This document shows positions 53,301-64,000 of a stretch of 64,000 nt of DNA, one piece after another (the first letter of the stretch is position 1; each line of letters begins with the position of its first letter). Made by a program: the position numbers and the translations under genes. The notes beneath the pieces were generated by a model. The model worked only from the letters and a program-made list of their open reading frames with translations. It ran no database searches and was not told the DNA's origin. Origin of the DNA: Antedon mediterranea (taxonomy: Eukaryota > Animalia > Echinodermata); assembly GCF_964355755.1 (NCBI RefSeq), contig NC_092674.1, forward strand, positions 12,152,001 through 12,216,000, given 5' to 3'.

Positions 53301-56300
53301 TTAAGTCTTATTTATGAAATGCTGTACATCAGACAATTAAAACCCAGTCTGAGTAAACAATGTGACTCTGTAAAAGCTAAGCTTTTCATTTAACAGGACG
53401 TTAGACAATAGGTCTTTTGTTATTTAAACTTTGACCCTTGGTTTGTGTTATATAATGCTATTTAGAATTCCTTCATTGGACTTGATAATGACCCCATGAT
53501 TAGTCAATAGTATTTAATAAGGGAGTAATACCATGTGACCCACAATCCTCCAATCAAATGACAAGAATCTACCTGCGGTAGGTGTGTTATAATAGAGGCA
53601 TTTTGATTAAACTGCAAGTCACCCTTACAATATTAATAGAATGCTTTGTTTAATTATTTTAAAATTCTTTCAGCTGTTGAATGAGGTTAGCAGCCTGGAA
53701 GGGGATCATCCATGGACAGCTGTTATTGGTGGATCTGGCAAATATTCAATAGATCTGTGCTTTTGCATTACTGCTGTATTAAGGCGATATCATTCATCAC
53801 TGTTGGCGCTTGAAGATCAAATTATTAATGTCTTTGATGTGTGAGTCAATCAATCTGACAACCAGTAAACTGGTTCTGTGTCTTCAATGATAGAAATCAA
53901 TTCAACCAATAGCAAAACAAATTTGACAATATTGGGTCGGTTAAATTCGAGACAACATAACCAAAATCAGAGCACAGCATGCATGATCAGCACAATAGTG
54001 CTTAAAGTGACAAAAGTCGCTTATAGATTTAGAATTATAGAATTTAAGACCCCTTCCAGACTTTTATGGAAGTCCAGGCTGTACAAAGGGTAACCTACAG
54101 TAGTAGTTGTATAAATTCTGTTTACTGAATTTTCAATCTCGACTAATCAGATTGTTGTGGGAAAATTCACAAGGAGCTAAACAAAAAATGTGTATAAAAT
54201 AAACTCTCTTTTATGGCACCTTTGAGCTGACGTAATAAAAGTGAATGGTTATTTAAAAAGCTCAAACTTTAAAAACTTACTTGCTGTTAATTGTTTGTTT
54301 TCTAGATTGTATGGTGTGATCAGACAGGGTACAAATATATCTGAATGCTCTTCAGCTGAACGTTGTATTCTAGCATACCTGTATGATCTTTATACATCAT
54401 GTACACACATCAAGGCAAGTACATATCAGGTTACTTAACATACACAATGAACAGTTGTTTTAAGTTTTTCTTATTTTTTTGTTGTTTTATAATACTGTAT
54501 TTGTTCTCAACTAAGAAAATTTAGATTAAGTCCTCTACAGACCACAACTGCCATATTAGAGCGGCGCACATACCAGGGAATAGTGAAATTACACTCTTCC
54601 CTGCACATACCATTAACAAAGCGTGGCTGTACACCGGATTCTTCTGGGTTCCTTTAAAGTGCAAATGAATGGACTTGCAGTTTTATTCCTTATCTGAGAA
54701 GAATGGATCTACCACCGGCTATGAACTGTGCGAATTGTATGGCTTGGTTTGTGATACCCCAGCTTTTACTACTCAACTTAAATATAGTACTATGATAAAT
54801 TTACTGCAGTGGAGACTCTCGGTCTCAAACCAATTTAACTTTATTGGACGTGCAGTCAATACATAAAGTTTTTCTAAACTATTTACTTAATCATTCGCTG
54901 TGATGCTATCACCAACAATACAGTTAAGAAACTGAACTCTATGGTTTTTTGTTCTGTCTTCAATATCAATTTATTCTTTTTCAAAAACTATTTTAGGTGA
55001 GATTTTCCGATGTATTCTCAAGTATGAACTCCAAGATAAAGCAGACACTTTGCGGTAGTTTAACTCCTTCGCAAGCTAACCAGCACTTGGACGAAGGCTA
55101 CCTTGCAGAGTTGCTAGATGATCCAAGGTGAGTATTGCCTAGCTAAATTCTAGAGTTTACACACACTGTGATGTCATTTAGATATTACAACCTTAAATAA
55201 CCTGAAAGGTTTAGGCCAGGAACCTGTAAAAGTATCTAACATCCATTGTTTCCATATGATAGTACAGTCAGTTTGATTTAGGTCCACTCGATAGATGAGT
55301 GAAAGATGCACTTTCTTTACAAATAAGAAATTAAATTTCCATTTGATGCAGGTATTGCTAGTTAGTTCGTACTCCCTAGTCTGAGTACTATTTTTTTAAA
55401 TCTAACTTTAAGCATATTATTGGTTATCCGCACTTGGCGGATAACCCCTTGTTATTGTCAGGATCTTTTTTTTTTTTTTTTTTTTTCGATATTCTTCTTT
55501 CTTTCCCCGAATTTTGTTCGCAGCGTATCTCTAATTCTTGACAACATAAGATTGCATAACTTTGTCATAAGATTGACCTATAACTGTAGATGTGCAGCCA
55601 AGCTTTTCGGCGATTTCGGAGTTGCGCAGCGTAAGTTACGCGCGATTTTATGAATTTCAATGATTGATCATAGAATAAAAACCAAAAGTCATTTTGTATT
55701 GAAACTTGGTGAAAATTTAAGTCATATCATGCGCAAACTTTCTATGGATTAAAAATGGCATGTTTTACATAAAGTTACGCGCGCACGCGCGTTCAAAATT
55801 TCAAAATGCGCAAAATTCATTTCTAATCAACTTTCTACGCGTTTCATGTCATTTTGAGCATTTCAAAATTTCCCAAGCGTGCGCAAATTTTGTACGCGCG
55901 CGTGCGCACGTAGCGCAAAAACATCCTTTTTTTGCTTGATTTTTGTTTTTTCAGCCTTTTCTAGTAAATTTATCAATTTTTAATCAATTTCGACATAAAA
56001 TCACGTCACACGAGCACGTCGAATTGAACAATTTGCGCGTGTTTTTGATGAAAAAGTTCAAAAATTCGTGAAAATTATGCCTTTCTTTAAAAAGTCATAG
56101 ATTCTAAACTCCGTGGTGAACATTTTTAAAATTTCAGATTCTCGAAGTAGATGAGTTTTAGATATCAAATCATGCATCGATATGGCTAACCGGACATTGT
56201 GACATCATCGTATGGCCACTCGAATATAAAATATAGGATTTTTGTCACTTTCGCATAGCTCATCAAATTTAATAGAGTGCATCTCCACTTATCCGTATTC

Positions 56301-59300
56301 TATTTCCTCCCATTTTGTTATATTGTCTAGGCCAATCAATTATCTTTCGCATGATCTACCATTTTTTAAATTGTGATGACGTCATCATGTCCAAAAGCGT
56401 CAATAACTTGGGTCCCTTATTTTCACCTATTCTGCACTGTATGTAGTACGTATACAGAATATAGTGTATACCGTATATACTTTGACGTGACGCAAAATAG
56501 AGAGCGCGCTAACATTTTTTCAATGGCATAATCGTTTTTCTGCGCGCAATATTCTAACGTATGACGTGCACGTGGCCTTTGCGCTGCGGATAACCTAACT
56601 CGTCCGAAGTGACGAGTTCAAGTCTAGTTATTATATAAGTTATAGTAAACCTTGTAAATTATATTGTAAATATTTTTTCTAATCAAAAAGCTTAAAATAG
56701 AATTGTTTTAAACCAGGATTTGTTTGCGTCAAGAATATGAGAGCGGTTTGCATTTTTCACTATTTTTTATTATCAATTTAATCATTTTTCTTTTATACAG
56801 AAAAAAGCGTCCGTTCTCCCGCGTTGATCTTGGAGACCTAAATGAACATAGATTTAGTTTTGTGTGCAATGTGTTGTTAGCGATCTGTCGAAGTCAGGAC
56901 TCAGACAGGTGAATATGATCATAGAGATACCTTTACGACACAACAAAATGTCCCCAAAATATGGATGTCCACTGAATACTGTTGTGTTATAAAACATACC
57001 CCTTATTTGTGTCACAGAAAATTGTAAAAGATAATAGTAAATATAAGAAGGTTTATACTGTGATCTTCATATTTTATATATAAAAAACAATTAGTATTTA
57101 CCAAAGTTATATTCTGACTGCAATGGTGACAAATGTAATCATTTAAGGCAGTTGTAAACTTTTTTTTAACATGCATTTTACAGCTAACAGCATCAAGCAC
57201 TATTTACATGATAGTAGATACATCTGTCTATGAAACAATGGTAACAGGGTTAGGGTTTGTACTTAGTCATTTACCACATGAATTCACTCTTCTTATGTTC
57301 TTGTGTGCTACAAGTTGTGAGGTTAGTTTCACAAGTTCTAACGAAAGAAGCATTGCATACAGATCCCTATACTATAGCCTCGCCAGAATATTCACCCGAA
57401 TATAATAAAGTGCTCTTTGTATTCAAGCTATAAATCATATGTACCGTAAATCTTCTAATTGAAACCCTGGGTTATTATTCTTTGATTGTTTTTTAGGAGG
57501 GGTTACTATTAGAGTAGTGGGTTACTATTACTAATCTTAAATTAGGCACCTGAAAATAGTAACCCACCCCCAACGTTTCCGTTCAGCAACTCATAGCAAA
57601 AAAACAGTACGAATAAACAAATTTGGTTGAACTCTAACTTTATTTTATAAACTCAAAAACACTCACTCCTCCCCCACTCCGAAGATCAACAATCATGCAG
57701 TATCCCCTTATTTTAAAAATATGGCTGCATCATAAGTTTTTGAGACTTTAATATTAACCCCTATGGGTTACTATTAGAGTAGTGGTTTATTATTATAGAT
57801 TGACTTATAAGGTGGGTTACTATTAGAAGGGGGTTACTATCAAAGTGTGGGTTACTATTAGAATATTTACAGTATGTATGTTGCATTTTACAGATTGAAT
57901 GATGTATCGATATTAAGTGCTGAATTGACAGCTAATTGTAATTCATTGTGTGCTGAATGGTTAGGAGCTCTTAAAGCACTCTGTTGCTCTTCAAACCATA
58001 GCTGCGGTTTTAATGAACTTCTTTGTCATGGCGAGGTAGATGTAAGTATGATAATTGTTATTTTTAAGCAAATTTGGGCTTTAGTATATATAATAATTTT
58101 GAATAATACTTGTTAATTATTAACATTTTTAAAATAAATTGTTTGTCAGTTTTCATGACGAAAATAAATATGTTTTTATAAAGTTTTCAGTACACCGCAT
58201 ATGTAGTTTGATCAATAAACTATTTTTTTTATGTATATTTTTCTTAGGTTGATGACATATCAATCCATGATTCTATTGCTGTTTTTATGGCGATTTTAAT
58301 AGCAAGAAACTGCTTTAAGCTTGAGGATGTGATAATGCACCTGGCTCTCACTTCTCTCATAGCTGCTACTCCTTCTGGTAAGGTTTAGTGATGAAGAACC
58401 TTTTATTTAATAATTTTAAGGTATCTGTGTACTGTACAATAAATATTGTCAATTTCTCATAACATCAATTTCTATCAGCATGCAAAAAAAAAAATCTTTA
58501 TTCTTTGTTATAGCTATTTTTTTTAATGTATAATCTGAATATTATTTGGCTGTTTTTTTCTGTTAATAATTTTACAGTGTCCCTGTAAAACATTATTATT
58601 TATATTGAAGCTTGTTCATTTCAAATGACAGAGGTGTGTCATATTAATAGGGTTATCCTACAGGAATGGTTCTATTGTGTAGTTTTAAGCTTTGGATTTA
58701 TAAAAACCCTAAAAGTCTACACATACACATTTTATTCATTTCTAGCACACAAAAATGTCAAAATTGTGATATTAATTAGTAAACTAGAAACCCAGCTACC
58801 TGTACTAAGTTTATTTACTATATGTTTCAAGATCACTGCAAATGTATATTTAAATTAGTTTATTTTATTTTGGAAACTAAAAATATGAGGAGAATAAAAT
58901 CGTTTACCAGATCTCTCAATTGAACTGGTTATCAATGATAACAAATTGTTTGAGCGTGCTAATTTCCATATGCTTGTATACAGTGCCTTCTCCAGTTAAA
59001 AACCACTCTTTAGAACCATGTTTTGTAGTTTTGGTTTTTTTGACGCACAAAACATGATGAGTCCAGCTTTATACCACACTCGCCATTTTTAGTGAGGTCA
59101 TTGTGGTTCACTATTTCTCTCTATTGTTACAAGTCATCAGATGTGTTGGTGTTTTAAGCCTTTAGTTAACAAAATCTCCATATATTTAAATACAGGTGGA
59201 GGAGTGCAAGAAGCAGAGGCTGGTGCTCGTCTTATGTGTCACCTTTTGCTTAGACTGTTTACAACTCTGCCAAACCCGATTCATTACAGTGAGACTACAT

Positions 59301-62300
59301 CATCTCGCAATCGTTTTGTGATTAGATCATCAAGTGATCGTCATCTTTTAGCTGCCGCTCACAGTAGAATGAGTGTTGAGCCTCTGGTTGCAGTACTTAA
59401 AGCTATTTTGATTCTGAGTAAGTTGAAAGACCATACACTATCTTGTTGACACTTGCACGTACTTTGGTCCGCACTGCTTGGCATTCAATTCATGGTGAGC
59501 ACATGTTTAGTAGTTGGAATTTACAAAGCTGGCAGATCATACCTTATTACCTATTTTAAAATAAAAGGTAACTAATAAAAAATAGTTTCAACTAGCAATT
59601 ACAAAAATCTACTTGCAAATTGATATTTTACTAGGTTGCCAATTATTGCTTGTATACACATGTACACTAACTACAACATACAGGATTCACTATGTGTGCC
59701 ATTTCTCGCAATGGCACGGCGATGATGATACAGCGACAGTGTCCATAATTAACACACAGTTCATAATTTTGTTTACAAATTTGGAATACTGTACATGCAA
59801 CAAATCAAGCACTAAATGAAAATACTTTAAGTTCAGAAACTGATTATGAAATTGAGTTTGTTTAGCAAGTGTACTGCATATTCAGTATTCAGTATATGCA
59901 ACATTACTAATTAACTAAATCTGATATTTGATTTTTAGGTGATGCTGGAATTGGCACATCAACATTTAATACCCAATCAGACGAGTTTGCAGATGACCTT
60001 GTATATGGAAACATACATAAGGAGTTTGCTCCACGTAAACCTGCCAACACATTAGACACAGCAGGACTAAGTGACTTTGCTAAGATTACATTAAAGGCTA
60101 TTTGTAGCCAAGACTGGGTACAGGAGATCTTTCTTAAGAACCCTGATGGGCTCTGGAGCAAAGAAGTCATGCTTGATCCTATTATAGACCCATCACAGGT
60201 AGGTTTGAGTTTTATAAACAAAATAAAAGAAAATCCCAATAAAATCCCTATTAAGAGGACACTTCAGAAACCAACAAATGTATTATTAATAATAATACAT
60301 CATTTTTATATAGCCAGAATTAATGCTCAAAGCCTCTAAGCATCATTACCCCGGTCATTTTGTATCAACACGTATGTAATAATACAACCTGGTGCAAAAT
60401 AATATTCACTGTAATCTCCACTTGAAATGATAATGATGTCCTCATGTGGAGGATAATTCCAAGACCCTTCGTTATCTATTTTCTGTATATTTTCTACACA
60501 GCGACAACATCTTTTACAACTAGTGTGCTATCCTAATGGAGTACCAGATCTACCAGAAAGTGATTTTGATGATGAAGATGATCAAAAGTTAGCAATAACA
60601 AGAATTCTGAGGGTTTGTATTTCCAGATAATAAATAATATTGTTTATAAAGTGAGAGTTCTCGATATCCCACATATTTGAGAATAGGCTTTTTAAATAAT
60701 TGATAAATAGGTTTAAAAAAAATCTAAATAAAATCTATTATAGTTACAAGGTTTTAATCTCTCAGCTCAAAGGAAACTATATTGTAATTGCGTACAGGTG
60801 AAACTGTATAGAAATCTACTGTAACATTAACATGGCCTGAATTTTATCAGAACACCGTGGTAATTCCTCATCACAAAAGATGCCTTGTGTTTTTTTAAAT
60901 GCACACAAACCATGTGTTTTATCCAAGAAATGCAGCGTTTTTTGTAGGTTGTATGCTTTAAACATATGCCCACTTAACTTGCAAAACATAATCAGTATAT
61001 AATTGATATTGATATATAGCTGTGTGATGTTCCTTACCACATTCCAAATCATGTTTTAATGTGATCAGTTTATTGTCTTTGATCTACAGAATCTTGACCA
61101 GTGGACATTGCGTGTTTCTCTGCTGGACATTCAGCTAATGTTGAAGCAATGTCCGAGTGGTGATCTTAATAATCTGTTAGACAGTATAGCCAAGGCTACT
61201 ATAGAGGTGTTCCAGCCACAAAATGATGAGCCACATAGAGGATGTTACACTAGAAGAGGCTTCCAGAAGCGAAGACCACCACCATTACTGTAAGCAACTT
61301 TAAATTTTTGCTGCTTATTTTAATATTATTTTTCATAGAATGATGATATAGAATATAGATTGCTTTATAAAATAGTAAAATCACTCAGTGGTCCACACAT
61401 GGATTCTAGATTACCAATAGAGTCATATGTTTATAATTCAATCATATGCACTTACAATAAATTGTTCAGTCCTGTCTTTTAACAGTACTTCATGTGTAGG
61501 TGGTCCATGAAATTTAATACATTTAGGAACTACATTTCTGTTACTCACCAGTATCGTTTTGATTCTGTTAAGTATGGTCCAGCATTTCAAGAAATACAAC
61601 AGAATTTGGCACTACAGTACTCATTTCATTGTATTTATTGATATTCGTTGATTTCATACAAACATCTGCATTTTTGGAAGTATTTGAATTTATGATCAGT
61701 AGTTAGTACCCAACAAAAATGATTGAATAATTGTTTCTCTTTATAGCGAAGTAGCTGGCAATCAGAGCACATGGCTTGTAGCACCCCTGATCTCAAAGCT
61801 ATCCAGTCAAGTACAGGGATGTGTCCTTAAAGCAGCTGGCAATGCTCTGGAGTGTGTAGGACAGACCTGGTCAAAAAGTAGTAAAGACAAACATGCTAAA
61901 AGGTACTGTGAGACTTTATAATTGATGCCCATACTTATTTACTAATATTTGTTTACTTGAAAATATCTTTATTGTCGTGTCTACAACTATGTGGAGACAA
62001 TCAAAGCTTATTTGCCCCTTGTTTATAGGGGCAACTATAATTTCCTAAGATGAATTATACAGGTATATAGTTTTCTGTTGTCCTCATTAGTAAGCTACTG
62101 TTTAAATTAATTTATACCTATTTTGGAGTTTCATTCATTTTTTGAGTGTACAAAACATTATTGCCTGCCAACTTTCGTCCTAAAAACTTTAGAGCAGATT
62201 TCAAGGGACATCCTCAAAGCATTTCACTGTATTGGAAGATGAATTATTCTAAATTAACTTAAACTAAATGTTTTGAATTACAGTATATGACATTGTATTT

Positions 62301-63914
62301 AATTCCACATCATAAAAACTATTAAACTTACTGTAAAAGCACAACATTTCCCTTGCTACAATGTTTCAATCTTTCAATTTCAGGAAGATTTACATTTGTG
62401 TATCAATGTTCAATATTTGTTTTTTATTTTCCAGTCAAATGTCACTATTAAGCCATCAACCATTATTGTCTTTAGTGTTGACCTGCTTGAAAGGTCAAGA
62501 TGACCAAAGGGAAAGTTTATTGACCTCTTTGCAAACACAACTCACACAATTTTTCCAGTCACCAAAAGATGTAAGTTTGTATTCTGAATATGTATTTCAT
62601 ATTTTTAGATGAGTTTTTGTGAGGCACAAATGAATTCAAGATTAGTAGATGCACCTAATTTTGATTGATGATGAATGCAATTTGTATTAACAGATTCTGC
62701 CAAAATAGAAAGACAATTAATGCAAAGAACTAGACAACACCAGGCTAGGGGTATAGCTAGTGTACGTTCACTGTTTACCAGAGGCCTAAAAACTAAGCCT
62801 AGCTAGGCTAGCTAAGACTGCGAGAGGAAATGTGATGCGACCAAACTTTTTTTTTCTCTTTTTATCATAATTAACCATACACGTTTAAAATTTTAGACAA
62901 GGAATGATTTGGTTTAATGATTTTAAAGTAATAGATATATATATATATATGTATCCATTATATTTTTTAAACATCAAAAGTTGTAGGGATTGTGTCTTTA
63001 ATACTAATAATATGAAGTTGACGCATTGCAAGTTTTTATTTAGAACATTTTAAGTTATGGTGTATATGTTTATTTGTAGGATCGATGGGAGGACCCAAAA
63101 AGTCGTCGACTGATGCATGAAGCTCTGCAACTTCGACTAAGCTTGGTGAGTTTTATCCATATCATCATGTCTTCTTCAAATCTCTTTTATTTATTTATTT
63201 ACACATTATTCATCATGATGGCTACTTTCTATTACTGTATAATTATTATGTATTTGTACTGTATTTGGTATATCATTTTAATTAATAATAGTTTTTCATT
63301 ATCTATATACATGCCAACGAAAGTAGGACAATAAACACCCGGACAATACCCACCCATTATGGACTATACCATTGTTAGAGTTGGGGTGTACCAATGGTAC
63401 AGTCCATATAGGGGTTGTCCTGGTGGTTATTGTTCGATCTCCATGCCAACAACTCTACCAATGCGTTGTTGAACATAAAAGGATAGGGCAGCATTTCAGA
63501 GACCATAATGATAATCAGAGTCAAATTAATTCATGCATTTGATTGCTTTACAGTATTTACGAATTGTTGAACTGTATAACTAAAACAATCTCTGAATAAA
63601 CAATTTGACTGTACATTCTAAGATCTTTGTTTAGCATAGTACGTGATAATTGCCCTATTGTTAATTCAAAATTTGACCCTTTATTTGTGTTAATATTTGG
63701 TTGAATTGCTTGAATATTAAATTGAACTTGAGAATTACCCCATGATAGACTTAAAACTTTTTTTGTAGTGTTATTTTTCTTAATACTTAATTTTTGATTA
63801 CCAGGTTGGAAGTATGTTTGACACAATAATTCGAAGTAACCAGTGGATGACAGAATTTGCTCTGTTACTTCTACAATTAATAACTACAGGAACAGTTGAT
63901 CTACAGTCTAACAA
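41342..63914 (+). CDS. MED12: Mediator of RNA polymerase II transcription subunit 12 (MED12/MED12L/kohtalo orthologue), exons 1-29, 3' end beyond window
   Basis: Phase-consistent exons: 41342-41434, 43610-43672, 44085-44123, 44629-44733, 45081-45164, 45442-45604, 46107-46285, 46479-46589, 46718-46851, 48738-48996, 49775-50011, 50657-50788, 51006-51135, 51715-51917, 52543-53169, 53674-53840, 54306-54414 (GC donor), 54997-55127, 56801-56908, 57894-58041, 58248-58377, 59196-59417, 59939-60198, 60502-60612, 61090-61289, 61747-61902, 62435-62570, 63080-63145, 63805-63914. Translation shows MED12 motifs [123 protein letters not shown]. Confidence 0.97.
41685..42830 (+). mobile_element. CR1 LINE 3' end in MED12 intron 1
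   Basis: [51 protein letters not shown]|[27 protein letters not shown], ending in a (TAAAC)n tail. Confidence 0.85.
41907..42535. mobile_element. Kolobok-like MITE nested in the CR1 fragment
   Basis: TTAA TSD (41903-41906 and 42536-42539). Imperfect TIR AGACCCCTTCCCTGCA / TGTAGGGAATGGGGCT. Removing it restores the CR1 frame IVK-DFEG. Confidence 0.85.
49131..49260 (+). mobile_element. Degenerate tRNA-derived SINE
   Basis: GGAGCTGTTGCTTGGTGGTT..GGGTTCAATCC (A/B boxes); shares GTTTATCCATTCTGTAATTG with the 52238 copy. Confidence 0.5.
50152..50411. mobile_element. Kolobok-like MITE in MED12 intron 11
   Basis: TTAA-AGATGTATT ... GGGGACAGTACATCT-TTAA; same family as 451-2915. Confidence 0.75.
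52238..52447 (+). mobile_element. tRNA-derived SINE in MED12 intron 14
   Basis: GGAGCTGTATCTTGGTGGTTAACGTGCTCGCC..GGGTTCAATCCTG head with Pol III A/B boxes, and an AATAAA-containing tail. Confidence 0.65.
54530..54860 (-). mobile_element. Probable degenerate SINE (Deu-domain-like) in intron 17
   Basis: CTGGGTTCCTTTAAAGTGCA..GTTTTATTCCTTATCTGAGAAG resembles the reverse strand of Deu-core SINEs; recognised from memory only. Confidence 0.35.
55419..56627 (+). mobile_element. Helentron/Helitron2-type non-autonomous element in MED12 intron 18
   Basis: 5' GGTTATCCGC-acttg-GCGGATAACC, 3' subTIR TGCGGATAACC (56585-56595), hairpin AACTCGTC-cgaagt-GACGAGTT (56597-56618), terminal CTAG then TT, no TSD. 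Confidence 0.85.
57444..57872. mobile_element. Tc1/mariner (pogo-like) MITE in MED12 intron 19
   Basis: TA-CCGTAAATCTTCTAAT ... ATTAGAATATTTACAG-TA, with repeated internal GGGTTACTATTAG motifs. Confidence 0.75.
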
Positions 63915-64000
63915 GTTTGTCAACTGTTTTTATTATTTATATAAAAAAATATTGTGTATTATTACTTTTCTTTCATATGGCCTCATGACATTACACCTGC

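Overview
AT-rich animal (probably invertebrate) genomic DNA; not prokaryotic, so most ORFs in the track are spurious. The right third holds the first 29 coding exons of a MED12 (Mediator kinase-module subunit 12) gene on the + strand (41342-63914, about 1537 codons, continuing beyond the window). About 17 kb upstream is a same-strand partial copy of MED12 exons 2-10 (26396-32028). It has an open frame and intact splice sites, but I found no exon 1. The rest is dense transposon debris: a degenerate LINE split by Kolobok-like and MITE insertions, a 5-6-level nested stack (5.6-17.1 kb), Academ-like remnants, a non-autonomous LTR element plus a solo LTR, a ~187-bp satellite, SINEs and CR1 fragments. 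The most notable observations are the apparently constrained, mosaic MED12 duplicate and recurrent short insertions at TA dinucleotides (TA-GGCC-TA, TA-CAG-TA) that accumulate just downstream of first-exon splice donors. All coordinates, alignments and counts were made by eye.
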